The translations under genes were made by a program, and so were the position numbers. A stretch of DNA of 64,000 nucleotides from Eledone cirrhosa (Eukaryota): contig OZ024743.1 of assembly GCA_964016885.1 (NCBI GenBank), positions 208,630,001 through 208,694,000 on the forward strand, given 5' to 3'. The notes beneath the pieces were generated by a model, which saw nothing but the letters and a program-made list of their open reading frames with translations, searched no databases and had not been told where the DNA came from. This document shows positions 28,821-46,300 of the stretch, one piece after another (the stretch's first letter is position 1; each line of letters opens with the position of its first letter).

Positions 28821-31099
28821 TAAGATATACCACAGTTTACCATCCTATAGCCACACATGAAAGCTCTTCACTCCATAAGATATACCACAGTTTACCATCC
28901 TATAGCCACACATGAAAGCTCTTCACTCCATAAGATATACCACAGTTTACCATCCTATAGCCAGATGAAAGCTCTTCACTCCATAAGATATACCACAGTT
29001 TACCATCCTATAGCCAGATGAAAGCTCTCCACTCCATAAGATATACCACAGTTTAGCATCCTATGGCCACAGATGAAAGCTCTTCACTCCATAAGATATA
29101 CCACAGTTTACCATCCTATAGCCGCAGATGAAAGCTCTTCACTCCATAAGATATACCACAGTTTACCATCCTATGGCCACAGATGAAAGCTCTTCACTCC
29201 ATAAGATATACCACAGTTTACCATCCTATAGCCACACATGAAAGCTCTTCACTCCATAAGATATACCACAGTTTAACATCCTATAGCCAGATGAAAGCTC
29301 TTCACTCCATAAGATATACCACAGTTTACCATCCTATAGCCACAGATGAAAGCTCTTCACTCCATAACATATACTACAGTTTACCATCCTATAGGCACAC
29401 ATGAAAGCTCTTCACTCCATAAGATATACCACAATTTACCATCCTATAGCCACACATGAGAGCTCTTCACTCCATAAGATATACCACAGTTTACCATCCT
29501 ATAGCCACACATGACAGCTCTTCACTCCATAAGATATACCATAGTTTACCATCCTATAGCCACACATGGAAGCTCTTCACTCCATAAGATATACCACAGT
29601 TTACCATCCTATGGCCACAGATGAAAGCTCTTCACTCCATAAGATATACCACAGTTTACCATCGTATAGCCACAGATGAAAGCTCTTCACTCCATAAGAT
29701 ATACCACAGTTTACCATCCTATAGCCACAGATGAAAGCTCTTCATTCTATAAGATATACCACAGTTTACCATCCTATAGCCACACATGAAAGCTCTTCAC
29801 TCCATAAGATATACCACAGTTTACCATCCTATAGCCACGCATGAAAGCTCTTCACTCCATAAGATATACCACAGTTTACGATCCTATAGCCACACATGAA
29901 AGCTCTTCACTCCATAAGATATACCACAGTTTACATTCCTATAGCCACAGATGAAAGCTCTTCACTCCATAAGATATACCACAGTTTACCATCCTATAGC
30001 CACAGATGAAAGCTCTTCACTCCATAACATATACCAGAGTTAATCATCCCATAGCCACACATGAGAGCTCTTCACTCCATAAGATATACCACAGTTTACC
30101 ATCCTATAGCCACAGATGAAAGCTCTTCACTCCATAAGATATACCATAGTTTACCATCCGATAGCCACACATGAAAGCTCTTCACTCCATAAGATATACC
30201 ACAGTTTACCATCCTATAGCCAGATGAAAGTTCTTCACTCCATAAGATATACCACAGTTTACCATCCTATAGCCACACATGAAAGCTCTTCACTCCATAA
30301 CATATACCACAGTTTACCATCCTATAGTCACACATGAGAGCTCTTCACTCCATAAGATATACCTCAGTTTACCATCCTATAGCCACACATGAAAGCTCTT
30401 CACTCCATGAGATATACCACAGTTTACCATCCATTAGCCACCGATGAAAGCTCTTCACTCCATAAGATATACCACAGTTTACCATCCTATAGCCACAGAT
30501 GAAAGCTCTTCACTCCATAACATACACCACATTTTACCATCCTATAGCCACACATTATAGGTCTTCACTCCATAAGATATACCACAGTTTACCATCCTAT
30601 AGCCACACATGAAAGCTCTTCACTCCATAAGATATACCACAGTTTACCATCCTATAGCCACAGATGAAAGCTCTTCACTTCATAAGATATACCATAGTTT
30701 ACCATCCGATAGCCACACATGAAAGCTCTTCACTCCATAAGATATACCACAGTTTACCATCCTATAGCCACAGATGAAAGCTCTTCACTCCATAAGATAT
30801 ACCACAGTTTACCATCCTATAGCCAGATGAAAGCTCTTCACTCCATAAGATATACCACAGTTTACCATCCTATAGCCACACATGAAAGCTCTTCACTCCA
30901 TAAGATATACCTCAGTTTACCATCCTATAGCCACACATGAAAGCTCTTCACTCCATGAGATATACCACAGTTTACCATCCATTAGCCACCGATGAAAGCT
31001 CTTCACTCCATAAGATATACCACAGTTTACCATCCTATGGCCACAGATGAAAGCTCTTCACTCCATAAGATATACCACAGTTTACCATCCTATAGCCAA

Positions 31100-34000
31100 A
31101 GATGAAAGCTTTTCACTCCATAAGATATACCACAGTTTACCATCCGATAGCCACACATGAAAGCTCTTCACTCCATAAGACATACCACAGTTTACCATCC
31201 TATAGCCAGATGAAAGTTCTTCACTCCATAAGATATACCACAGTTTACCATCCTATAGCCACACATGAAAGCTCTTCACTCCATAACATATACCACAGTT
31301 TACCATCCTATAGTCACACATGAGAGCTCTTCACTCCATAAGATATACCACAGTTTACCATCCTATAGCCACACATGAAAGCTCTTCACTCCATAAGATA
31401 TACCACAATCTACCATCCTATAGCCGCAGGTGAAAGCTCTTCACTCCATAAGATATACCACAGTTTACCATCCTATAGCCACACATGAAAGCTCTTCACT
31501 CCATAAGATATACCACAGTTTACCATCCTATAGCCACAGATGAAAGCTCTTCACTCCATAAGGTATACCACAGTTTACCATCCGATAGCCACACATGAAA
31601 GCTCTTCACTCCATAAGACATACCACAGCTTACCATCCTATAGCCAGATGAAAGCTTTTCACTCCATAAGATATACCACAGTTTACCATCCTATAGCCAC
31701 AGATGAAAGCTCTTCACTCCATAAGATATACCACAGTTTACCATCCTATAGCCACAGATGAAAGCTCTTCATTCTATAAGATATACCACAGTTTACCATC
31801 TAATAGCCAAACATGAAAGCTCTTCACTCCATAAGATATACCACAGTTTACCATCCTATAGCCACACATGAAATCTCTTCACTCCATAAGATATACCACA
31901 GTTTACCATCCTATAGCCACGCATGAAAGCTCTTCACTCCATAAGATATACGATCCTTTAGCCACACATGAAAGCTCTTCACTCCATAAGATATACCACA
32001 GTTTACCATCCTATAGCCACAGATGAAAGCTCTTCACTCCATAACATATACCACAGTTTACCATCCTATAGCCACACATGAAAGCTCTTCACTCCATAAG
32101 ATATACCACAATTTACCATCCTATAGCCACAGGTGAAAGCTCTTCACTCCATAAGATATACCACAGTTTACTATCCTATAGCCACAGATGAAAGCTCTTC
32201 ACTCCACAACATATACCACAGTTTACCATCCTATAGCCACACATGAGAGCTCTTCACTCCATAAGATATACCACAGTTTACCATCCTATAGCCACACATG
32301 AAAGCTCTTCACTCCATAAGATATACCACAGTTTACCATCCTATAGCCAGAGATGAAAGCTCTTCACTCCATAAGATATACCACAGTTTACCATCCGATA
32401 GCCACACATGAAAGCTCTTCACTCCATAAGATATACCACAGTTTACCATCCTATAGCCACAGATGAAAGCTCTTCACTCCAAAAGATATACCACAGTTTA
32501 CCATCCTATAGCCACAGATGAAAGCTCTTCACTCCATAACATATACCACAGTTAACCATCCTATAGCCACACATGAGAGCTCTTCACTTCATAAGATATA
32601 CCACAGTTTACCATCCTATAGTCACACATGAAAGCTCTTCACTCCATAAGATATACCACAGTTTACCATCCTATAGCCACAGATGAAAGCTCTTCACTCC
32701 ATAAGATATACCATAGTTTACCATCCGATAGACACACATGAAAGCTCTTCACTCCATAAGATATACCACAGTTTACCATCCTATAGCCAGATGAAAGTTC
32801 TTCACTCCATAAGATATACCACAGTTTACCATCCTATAGCCACACATGAAAGCTCTTCACTCCATAAGATATACCACAGTTTACCATCCTATAGCCACAG
32901 ATGAAAGCTCTTCACTCCACAACATATACCACAGTTTACCATCCTATAGCCACACATGAGAGCTCTTCACTCCATAAGATATACCACAGTTTACCATCCT
33001 ATAGCCACACATGAAAGCTCTTCACTCCATAAGATATACCACAGTTTACCATCCTGTAGCCACAGATGAAAGCTCTTCACTCCATAAGATATACCACAGT
33101 TTACCATCCTATAGCCAGATGAAAGCTCTTCACTCCATAAGATATACCACAGTTTACCATCCTATAGCCACGCATGAAAGCTCTTCACTCCATAAGATAT
33201 ACCTCAGTTTACCATCCTATAGCCACACATGAAAGCTCTTCACTCCATGAGATATACCACAGTTTACCATCCATTAGCCACGCATGAAAGCTCTTCACTC
33301 CATAAGATATACCACAGTTTACCATCCTATAGCCACACATGAAATCTCTTCACTCCATAAGATATACCACAGTTTACGATCCTATAGCCACAGATGAAAG
33401 CTCTTCACTCCATAACATATACCACATTTTACCATCCTATAGCCACACATGAGAGCTCTTCACTCCATAAGATATACCACAGTTTACCATCCTATAGCCA
33501 CACATGAAAGCTCTTCACTCCATAAGATATACCACAGTTTACCATCCTATAGCCACAGATGAAAGCTCTTCACTTCATAAGATATACCATAGTTTACCAT
33601 CCGATAGCCACACATGAAAGCTCTTCACTCCATAAGATATACCACAGTTTACCATCCTATAGCCACAGATGAAAGCTCTTCACTCCATAAGATATACCAC
33701 AGTTTACCATCCTATAGCCAGATGAAAGCTCTTCACTCCATAAGATATACCACAGTTTACCATCCTATAGCCACACATGAAAGCTCTTCACTCCATAAGA
33801 TATACCACAGTTTACCATCCTATAGCCACACATGAAATCTCTTCACTCCATAAGATATACCACAGTTTACGATCCTATAGCCACAGATGAAAGCTCTTCA
33901 CTCCATAACATATACCACATTTCACCATCCTATAGCCACACATGAGAGCTCTTCACTCCATAAGATATACCACAGTTTACCATCCTATAGCCACACATGA

Positions 34001-37000
34001 AAGCTCTTCACTCCATAAGATATAGCACAGTTTACGATCCTATAGCCAGATGAAAGCTTTTCACTCCATAAGATATACCACAGTTTACCATCCTATAGCC
34101 ACACATGAAAGCTCTTCACTCCATAAGATATACCACAGTTTACCATCCTATAGACACACATGAAAGCTCTTCACTACATAAGATATACCACAGTTTACCA
34201 TCCTATAGCCACACATGAAAGCTCTTCACTCCATAATATATACCACAGTTTACCATCCTATGGCCACATATGAAAGCTCTTCACTCCATAAGATATACCA
34301 CAGTTTATCATCCTATAGCCACAGATGAAAGCTCTTCACTCCATAAGATATACCACAGTTTACCATCCTGTAGTCACAGATGAAAGCTCTTCACTCCATA
34401 AGATATACCACAGTTTACCATCCTATGGCCAGAGATGAAAGCTCTTCACTCCATAGGATATACCACAGTTTACCATCCTATAGCCACACATGAAAGCTCT
34501 TCACTCCATAAGATATACCACAGTTTACCATCCTGTAGTCACAGATGAAAGCTCTTCACTCCATAAGATATACCACAGTTTACCATCCTATGGCCAGAGA
34601 TGAAAGCTCTTCACTCCATAGGATATACCACAGTTTACCATCCTATGGCCACAGATGAAAGCTCTTCACTCCATAAGATATACCACAGTTTACCATCGTA
34701 TAGCCACAGATGAAAGCTCTTCACTCCATAAGATATACCACAGTTTACCATCCTATAGCCACACATGAAAGCTCTTCACTCCATAAGATATACCACAGTT
34801 TACCATCCTATAGCCACGCATGAAAGCTCTTCACTCCATAAGATATACCACAGTTTACGATCCTATAGCCACACATGAAAGCTCTTCACTCCATAAGATA
34901 TACCACAGTTTACATTCCTATAGCCACAGATGAAAGCTCTTCACTCCATAAGATATACCACAGTTTACCATCCTATAGCCACAGATGAAAGCTCTTCACT
35001 CCATAAGATATACCACAGTTTACCATCTTATAGCCATGCCACGGATGAAAGCTCTTCACTCCATAAGATATACCACAGTTTACCATCCAATAGCCACGCC
35101 ACGGATGAAAGCTCTTCACTCCATAAGATATACCTCAGTTTATCATCCTATAGCCACAGATCAAAGCTCTTCACTCCATAAGATATACCACAGTTTACCA
35201 TCCTATAGCCACACATGAAAGCTCTTCACTCCATAAGATATACCACAGTTTACCATCCTATAGCCACACATGGAAGCTCTTCACTCCATGAGATATACCA
35301 CAGTTTACCATCCTATAGCCAGATGAAAGCTCTTCACTCCATAAGATATACCACAGTTTACCATCCTATAGCCACACATGAAAGCTCTTCACTCCATAAG
35401 ATATACCACAATTTACCATCCTATAGCCACACATGAAAGCTCTTCACTCAATAAGATATACCACAGTTTACCATCCTATAGTCACAAATGAAAGCTCTTC
35501 ACTCCATAAGATATACCAAAGTTTACCATCCTATAGCCAGATGAAAGCTCTTCACTCCATAAGATATACCACAGTTTACCATCCTATAGCCACACATGAA
35601 AGCTCTTCAGTCCACAAGATATAATACAGTTTACCATCCTATAGCCACAGATGAAAGCTCTTCACTCCATAAGATATACCACAGTTTACCATCCTATAGA
35701 CACACATGAAATCTCTTCACTCCATAAGATATAACACAGTTTACCATCCTATAGTTACAGATGAAAGCTCTTCACCCCATAAGATATACTACAGTTTACC
35801 ATCCTATAGCCACAGATGAAAGCTCTTCACTCCATAAGATATACGACAGTGTACCATCCTATAGCCGCAGATGAAAGCTCTTCACTCCATAAGATATACC
35901 ACAGTTTACCATCCTATGGCCACAGATGAAAGCTCTTCACTCCCTAAGATATACCACAGTTTACCATCCTATAGCCACACATGAAAGCTCTTCACTCCAT
36001 AAGATATACCACAGTTTACCATCCTATAGCCACACATGAAAGCTCTTCACTCCATAAGATATACCACAGTTTACCATCCTATAGCCAGATGAAAGCTCTT
36101 CACTCCATAAGATATACCACAGTTTACCATCCTATAGCCAGATGAAAGCTCTTCACTCCATAAGATATACCACAGTTTACCATCCTATGGCCACAGATGA
36201 AAGCTCTTCACTCCATAAGATATACCACAGTTTACCATCCTATGGCCACAGATGAAAGCTCTTCATTCCATAAGATATACCACAGTTTACCATCCTATAG
36301 CCACACATGAAAGCTCTTCACTCCATAAGATATACCACAGTTTAACATCCTATAGCCAGATGAAAGCTCTTCACTCCATAAGATATACCACAGTTTACCA
36401 TCCTATAGCCACAGATGAAAGCTCTTCACTCCATAACATATACTACAGTTTACCATCCTATAGGCACACATGAAAGCTCTTCACTCCATAAGATATACCA
36501 CAATTTACCATCCTATAGCTACACATGAGAGCTCTTCACTCCATAAGATATACCACAGTTTACCATCCTATAGCCACACATGACAGCTCTTCACTCCATA
36601 AGATATACCATAGTTTACCATCCTATAGCCACACATGGAAACTCGTCACTCCATAACATATACCACAGTTTACCATCCTATGGCCACAGATGAAAGCTCT
36701 TCACTCCATAAGATATACCACAGTTTACCATCGTATAGCCACAGATGAAAGCTCTTCACTCCATAAGATATACCACAGTTTACCATCCTATAGCCACAGA
36801 TGAAAGCTCTTCATTCTATAAGATATACCACAGTTTACCATCCTATAGCCACACATGAAAGCTCTTCACTCCATAAGATATACCACAGTTTACCATCCTA
36901 TAGCCACGCATGAAAGCTCTTCACTCCATAAGATATACCACAGTTTACGATCCTTTAGCCACACATGAAAGCTCTTCACTCCATAAGATATACCACAGTT

Positions 37001-39640
37001 TACATTCCTATAGCCACAGATGAAAGCTCTTCACTCCATAAGATATACCACAGTTTACCATCCTATAGCCACAGATGAAAGCTCTTCACTCCATAACATA
37101 TACCAGAGTTAATCATCCTATAGCCACACATGAGAGCTCTTCACTCCATAAGATATACCACAGTTTACCATCCTATAGCCACACATGAAAACTCTTCACT
37201 CCATAAGATATACCACAGTTTACCATCCTATAGCCACAGATGAAAGCTTTTCACTCCATAAGATATACCACAGTTTACCATCCGATAGCCACACATGAAA
37301 GCTCTTCACTCCATAAGACATACCACAGTTTACCATCCTATAGCCAGATGAAAGTTCTTCACTCCATAAGATATACCACAGTTTACCATCCTATAGCCAC
37401 ACATGAAAGCTCTTCACTCCATAACATATACCACAGTTTACCATCCTATAGTCACACATGAGAGCTCTTCACTCCATAAGATATACCACAGTTTACCATC
37501 CTATAGCCACACATGAAAGCTCTTCACTCCATAAGATATACCACAATCTACCATCCTATAGCCGCAGGTGAAAGCTCTTCACTCCATAAGATATACCACA
37601 GTTTACCATCCTATAGCCACACATGAAAGCTCTTCACTCCATAAGATATACCACAGTTTACCATCCTATAGCCACAGATGAAAGCTCTTCACTCCATAAG
37701 GTATACCACAGTTTACCATCCGATAGCCACACATGAAAGCTCTTCACTCCATAAGACATACCACAGCTTACCATCCTATAGCCAGATGAAAGCTTTTCAC
37801 TCCATAAGATATACCACAGTTTACCATCCTATAGCCACAGATGAAAGCTCTTCACTCCATAAGATATACCACAGTTTACCATCCTATAGCCACAGATGAA
37901 AGCTCTTCATTCTATAAGATATACCACAGTTTACCATCTAATAGCCAAACATGAAAGCTCTTCACTCCATAAGATATACCACAGTTTACCATCCTATAGC
38001 CACACATGAAATCTCTTCACTCCATAAGATATACCACAGTTTACCATCCTATAGCCACGCATGAAAGCTCTTCACTCCATAAGATATACGATCCTTTAGC
38101 CACACATGAAAGCTCTTCACTCCATAAGATATACCAGAGTTTACCATCCTATAGCCACAGATGAAAGCTCTTCACTCCATAACATATACCACAGTTTACC
38201 ATCCTATAGCCACACATGAAAGCTCTTCACTCCATAAGATATACCACAATTTACCATCCTATAGCCACAGGTGAAAGCTCTTCACTCCATAAGATATACC
38301 ACAGTTTACTATCCTATAGCCACAGATGAAAGCTCTTCACTCCACAACATATACCACAGTTTACCATCCTATAGCCACACATGAGAGCTCTTCACTCCAT
38401 AAGATATACCACAGTTTACCATCCTATAGCCACACATGAAAGCTCTTCACTCCATAAGATATACCACAGTTTACCATCCTATAGCCAGAGATGAAAGCTC
38501 TTCACTCCATAAGATATACCACAGTTTACCATCCGATAGCCACACATGAAAGCTCTTCACTCCATAAGATATACCACAGTTTACCATCCTATAGCCACAG
38601 ATGAAAGCTCTTCACTCCATAAGATATACCACAGTTTACCATCCTATAGCCACAGATGAAAGCTCTTCACTCCATAACATATACCACAGTTAACCATCCT
38701 ATAGCCACACATGAGAGCTCTTCACTTCATAAGATATACCACAGTTTACCATCCTATAGTCACACATGAAAGCTCTTCACTCCATAAGATATACCACAGT
38801 TTACCATCCTATAGCCACAGATGAAAGCTCTTCACTCCATAAGATATACCATAGTTTACCATCCGATAGACACACATGAAAGCTCTTCACTCCATAAGAT
38901 ATACCACAGTTTACCATCCTATAGCCAGATGAAAGTTCTTCACTCCATAAGATATACCACAGTTTACCATCCTATAGCCACACATGAAAGCTCTTCACTC
39001 CATAAGATATACCACAGTTTACCATCCTATAGCCACAGATGAAAGCTCTTCACTCCACAACATATACCACAGTTTACCATCCTATAGCCACACATGAGAG
39101 CTCTTCACTCCATAAGATATACCACAGTTTACCATCCTATAGCCACACATGAAAGCTCTTCACTCCATAAGATATACCACAGTTTACCATCCTGTAGCCA
39201 CAGATGAAAGCTCTTCACTCCATAAGATATACCACAGTTTACCATCCTATAGCCAGATGAAAGCTCTTCACTCCATAAGATATACCACAGTTTACCATCC
39301 TATAGCCACGCATGAAAGCTCTTCACTCCATAAGATATACCTCAGTTTACCATCCTATAGCCACACATGAAAGCTCTTCACTCCATGAGATATACCACAG
39401 TTTACCATCCATTAGCCACGCATGAAAGCTCTTCACTCCATAAGATATACCACAGTTTACCATCCTATAGCCACACATGAAATCTCTTCACTCCATAAGA
39501 TATACCACAGTTTACGATCCTATAGCCACAGATGAAAGCTCTTCACTCCATAACATATACCACATTTTACCATCCTATAGCCACACATGAGAGCTCTTCA
39601 CTCCATAAGATATACCACAGTTTACCATCCTATAGCCACA
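31100..39640 (+). repeat. Duplicated block ~31.1-33.5 kb / ~37.2-39.6 kb (offset 6138 bp)
   Basis: ORF pairs 31102/37240, 31540/37678, 32683/38821 and 33011/39149. 45-bp monomers at 31923 and 38061, also at offset 6138. Confidence 0.9.
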
Positions 39641-40749
39641 CATGAAAGCTCTTCACTCCATAAGATATACCACAGTTTACGATCCTATAGCCAGATGAAA
39701 GCTTTTCACTCCATAAGATATACCACAGTTTACCATCCTATAGCCACACATGAAAGCTCTTCACTCCATAAGATATACCACAGTTTACCATCCTATAGAC
39801 ACACATGAAAGCTCTTCACTACATAAGATATACCACAGTTTACCATCCTATAGCCACACATGAAAGCTCTTCACTCCATAATATATACCACAGTTTACCA
39901 TCCTATGGCCACATATGAAAGCTCTTCACTCCATAAGATATACCACAGTTTATCATCCTATAGCCACAGATGAAAGCTCTTCACTCCATAAGATATACCA
40001 CAGTTTACCATCCTGTAGCCACAGATGAAAGCTCTTCACTCCATAAGATATACCACAGTTTACCATACTATGGCCAGAGATGAAAGCTCTTCACTCCATA
40101 GGATATACCACAGTTTACCATCCTATAGCCACACATGAAAGCTCTTCACTCCATAATATATACCACAGTTTACCATCCTATAGCCACAGATGAAAGCTCT
40201 TCACTCCATGAGATATACCACAGTTTACCATCCTATAGCCAGATGAAAGCTCTTCACTCCATAAGATATACCACAGTTTACCATCCTATAGCCACAGATG
40301 AAAGCTCTTCACTCCATAAGATATACCACAGTTTACCATCCTATAGCCACACATGAAAGCTCTTCACTCCATAAGATATACCACAGTTTACCATCCTATA
40401 GCCACACATGGAAGCTCTTCACTCCATGAGATATACCACAGTTTACCATCCTATAGCCAAATGAAAGCTCTTCACTCCATAAGATATACCACAGTTTATC
40501 ATCCTATAGCCACAGATCAAAGCTCTTCACTCCATAAGATATACCACAGTTTACCATCCTATAGCCACACATGAAAGCTCTTCACTCCATAAGATATACC
40601 ACAGTTTACCATCCTATAGCCACACATGGAAGCTCTTCACTCCATGAGATATACCACAGTTTACCATCCTATAGCCAAATGAAAGCTCTTCACTCCATAA
40701 GATATACCACAGTTTACCATCCTATAGCCACACATGAAAGCTCTTCACT

Positions 40750-43340
40750 CCATAAGATATACCACAATTTACCATCCTATAGCCACACATGAAAGCTCTT
40801 CACTCAATAAGATATACCACAGTTTACCATCCTATAGTCACAAATGAAAGCTCTTCACTCCATAAGATATACCAAAGTTTACCATCCTATAGCCAGATGA
40901 AAGCTCTTCACTCCATAAGATATACCACAGTTTACCATCCTATAGCCACACATGAAAGCTCTTCAGTCCACAAGATATAATACAGTTTACCATCCTATAG
41001 CCACAGATGAAAGCTCTTCACTCCATAAGATATACCACAGTTTACCATCCTATAGACACACATGAAATCTCTTCACTCCATAAGATATAACACAGTTTAC
41101 CATCCTATAGTTACAGATGAAAGCTCTTCACCCCATAAGATATACTACAGTTTACCATCCTATAGCCACAGATGAAAGCTCTTCACTCCATAAGATATAC
41201 CACAGTTTACCATCCTATAGCCGCAGATGAAAGCTCTTCACTCCATAAGATATACCACAGTTTACCATCCTATGGCCACAGATGAAAGCTCTTCACTCCC
41301 TAAGATATACCACAGTTTACCATCCTATAGCCACACATGAAAGCTCTTCACTCCATAAGATATACCACAGTTTACCATCCTATAGCCGCAGATGAAAGCT
41401 CTTCACTCCATAAGATATACCACAGTTTACCATCCTATGGCCACAGATGAAAGCTCTTCACTCCATAAGATATACCACAGTTTACCATCCTATAGCCACA
41501 CATGAAAGCTCTTCACTCCATAAGATATACCACAGTTTAACATCCTATAGCCAGATGAAAGTTCTTCACTCCATAAGATATACCACAGTTTACCATCCTA
41601 TAGCCACAGATGAAAGCTCTTCACTCCATAACATATACTACAGTTTACCATCCTATAGGCACACATGAAAGCTCTTCACTCCATAAGATATACCATAGTT
41701 TACGATCCTATAGCCACACATGGAACCTCTTCACTCCATAAGATATACCACAGTTTACCATCCTATGGCCACAGATGAAAGCTCTTCACTCCATAAGATA
41801 TACCACAGTTTACCATCGTATAGCCACAGATGAAAGCTCTTCACTCCATAAGATATACCACAGTTTACCATCCTATAGCCACACATGAAAGCTCTTCACT
41901 CCATAAGATATACGATCCTTTAGCCACAGATGAAAGCTCTTCACTCCATAAGATATACCACAGTTTACCATCCTATAGCCACAGATGAAAGCTCTTCACT
42001 CCATAACATATACCACAGTTTACCATCCTATAGCCACACAAGAAAGCTCTTCACTCCATAAGATATACCACAATTTACCATCCTATAGCCACACATGAAA
42101 GCTCTTCACTCAATAAGATATACCACAGTTTACCATCCTATAGTCACAAATGAAAGCTCTTCACTCCATAAGATATACCAAAGTTTACCATCCTATAGCC
42201 AGATGAAAGCTCTTCACTCCATAAGATATACCACAGTTTACCATCCTATAGCCACACATGAAAGCTCTTCAGTCCACAAGATATAATACAGTTTACCATC
42301 CTATAGCCACAGATGAAAGCTCTTCACTCCATAAGATATACCACAGTTTACCATCCTATAGACACACATGAAATCTCTTCACTCCATAAGATATAACACA
42401 GTTTACCATCCTATAGTTACAGATGAAAGCTCTTAACCCATAAGATATACTACAGTTTACCATCCTATAGCCACAGATGAAAGCTCTTCACTCCATAAGA
42501 TATACCACAGTTTACCATCCTATAGCCGCAGATGAAAGCTCTTCACTCCATAAGATATACCACAGTTTACCATCCTATGGCCACAGATGAAAGCTCTTCA
42601 CTCCCTAAGATATACCACAGTTTACCATCCTATAGCCACACATGAAAGCTCTTCACTCCATAAGATATACCACAGTTTACCATCCTATAGCCGCAGATGA
42701 AAGCTCTTCACTCCATAAGATATACCACAGTTTACCATCCTATGGCCACAGATGAAAGCTCTTCACTCCATAAGATATACCACAGTTTACCATCCTATAG
42801 CCACAGATGAAAGCTCTTCACTCCATAACATATACTACAGTTTACCATCCTATAGGCACACATGAAAGCTCTTCACTCCATAAGATATACCATAGTTTAC
42901 GATCCTATAGCCACACATGGAAGCTCTTCACTCCATAAGATATACCACAGTTTACCATCCTATGGCCACAGATGAAAGCTCTTCACTCCATAAGATATAC
43001 CACAGTTTACCATCGTATAGCCACAGATGAAAGCTCTTCACTCCATAAGATATACCACAGTTTACCATCCTATAGCCACACATGAAAGCTCTTCACTCCA
43101 TAAGATATACGATCCTTTAGCCACACATGAAAGCTCTTCACTCCATAAGATATACCACAGTTTACCATCCTATAGCCACAGATGAAAGCTCTTCACTCCA
43201 TAAGATATACCACAGTTTACCATCCTATAGCCACAGATGAAAGCTCTTCACTCCATAACATATACCACAGTTTACCATCCTATAGCCACACAAGAAAGCT
43301 CTTCACTCCATAAGATATACCACAATTTACCATCCTATAG
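40750..43340 (+). repeat. Tandem duplication of a ~1.3-kb block
   Basis: ORFs 40789/42095 at offset 1306. 45-bp monomers at 41885 and 43082 (offset 1197 = 1306 - 108 - 1). The rare CACAAGAAAG junction occurs near 42037 and 43289. Confidence 0.85.
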
Positions 43341-46300
43341 CCACAGGTGAAAGCTCTTCACTCCATAAGATATACCACAGTTTACTATCCTATAGCCACA
43401 GATGAAAGCTCTTCACTCCACAACATATACCACAGTTTACCATCCTATAGCCACACATGAGAGCTCTTCACTCCATAAGATATACCACAGTTTACCATCC
43501 TATAGCCACACATGAAAGCTCTTCACTCCATAAGATATACCACAGTTTACCATCCTATAGCCAGAGATGAAAGCTCTTCACTCCATAAGATATACCACAG
43601 TTTACCATCCTATAGCCACAGATGAAAGCTCTTCACTCCATAAGATATACCACAGTTTACCATCCTATAGCCACAGATGAAAGCTCTTCACTCCATAACA
43701 TATACCACAGTTAACCATCCTATAGCCACACATGAGAGCTCTTCACTCCATAAGATATACCACAGTTTACCATCCTATAGCCACACATGAAAGCTCTTCA
43801 CTCCATAAGATATACCACAGTTTACCATCCTATAGCCACAGATGAAAGCTCTTCACTCCATAAGATATACCATAGTTTACCATCCGATAGACACACATGA
43901 AAGCTCTTCACTCCATAAGATATACCACAGTTTACCATCCTATAGCCAGATGAAAGTACTTCACTCCATAAGATATACCACAGTTTACCATCCTATAGCC
44001 ACACATGAAAGCTCTTCACTCCATAAGATATACCACAGTTTACCATCCTATAGCCACACATGGACGCTCTTCACTCCATGAGATATACCACAGTTTACCA
44101 TCCTATAGCCACACATGAAAGCTCTTCACTCCATAAGATATACCACAGTTTACCATCCTATAGCCACAGATGAAAGCTCTTCACTCCACAACATATACCA
44201 TAGGTTACCATCCTATAGCCACACATGAGAGCTCTTCACTCCATAAGATATACCACAGTTTACCATCCTATAGCCACACATGAAAGCTCTTCACTCCATA
44301 AGATATACCACAGTTTACCATCCTGTAGCCACAGATGAAAGCTCTTCACTCCATAAGATATACCACAGTTTACCATCCTATAGCCAGATGAAAGCTCTTC
44401 ACTCCATAAGATATACCACAGTTTACCATCCTATAGCCACGCATGAAAGCTCTTCACTCCATAAGATATACCTCAGTTTACCATCCTATAGCCACACATG
44501 AAAGCTCTTCACTCCATGAGATATACCACAGTTTACCATCCATTAGCCACCGATGAAAGCTCTTCACTCCATAAGATATACCACAGTTTACCATCCTATA
44601 GCCACAGATGAAAGCTCTTCACTCCATAACATATACCACATTTTACCATCGTATAGCCACACATTATAGGTCTTCACTCCATAAGATATACCACAGTTTA
44701 CCATCCTATAGCCACACATGAAAGCTTTTCACTCCATAAGATATACCACAGTTTACCATCCTATAGCCACAGATGAAAGCTCTTCACTCCATAAGATATA
44801 CCATAGTTTACCATCCGATAGCCACACATGAAAGCTCTTCACTCCATAAGATATACCACAGTTTACCATCCTATAGCCACAGATGAAAGCTCTTCACTCC
44901 ATAAGATATACCACAGTTTACCATCCTATAGCCAGATGAAAGCTCTTCACTCCATAAGATATACCACAGTTTACCATCCTATAGCCACGCATGAAAGCTC
45001 TTCACTCCATAAGATATACCACAGTTTACCATCCTATAGCCACACATGAAATCTCTTCACTCCATAAGATATACCACAGTTTACGATCCTATAGCCACAG
45101 ATGAAAGCTCTTCACTCCATAACATATACCACATTTTACCATCCTATAGCCACACTTGAGAGCTCTTCACTCCATAAGATATACCACAGTTTACCATCCT
45201 ATAGCCACACATGAAAGCTCTTCACTCCATAAGATATACCACAGTTTACGATCCTATAGCCAGATGAAAGCTCTTCACTCCATAAGATATACCACAGTTT
45301 ACCATCCTATAGCCACACATGAAAGCTCTTCACTCCATAAGATATACCACAGTTTACCATCCTATAGACACACATGAAAGCTCTTCACTCCATAAGATAT
45401 ACCACAGTTTACCATCCTATAGCCACACATGAAAGCTCTTCACTCCATAATATATACCACAGTTTACCATCCTATGGCCACATATGAAAGCTCTTCACTC
45501 CATAAGATATACCACAGTTTATCATCCTATAGCCACAGATGAAAGCTCTTCATTCCATAAGATATACCACAGTTTACCATCCTGTAGCCACAGATGAAAG
45601 TTCTTCACTCCATAAGATATACCACAGTTTACCATCCTATGGCCAGAGATGAAAGCTCTTCACTCCATAGGATATACCACAGTTTACCATCCTATAGCCA
45701 CACATGAAAGCTCTTCACTCCATAATATATACCACAGTTTACCATCATATAGCCACAGATGAAAGCTCTTCACTCCATGAGATATACAACACTTTACCAT
45801 CCTATAGCCAGATGAAAGCTCTTCACTCCATAAGATATACCACAGTTTACCATCCTATAGCCACAGATGAAAGCTCTTCACTCCATAAGATATACCACAG
45901 TTTACCATCCTATAGCCACGCCACGGATGAAAGCTCTTCACTCCATAAGATATACCTCAGTTTATCATCCTATAGCCACAGATCAAAGCTCTTCACTCCA
46001 TAAGATATACCACAGTTTACCATCCTATAGCCACACATGAAAGCTCTTCACTCAATAAGATATACCACAGTTTACCATCCTATAGTCACAAATGAAAGCT
46101 CTTCACTCCATAAGATATACCAAAGTTTACCATCCTATAGCCAGATGAACGCTCATCACTCCATAAGATATACCACAGTTTACCATCCTATAGCCACACA
46201 TGAAAGCTCTTCAGTCCACAAGATATAATACAGTTTATCATCCTATAGCCACAGATGAAAGCTCTTCACTCCATAAGATATACCACAGTTTACCATCCTA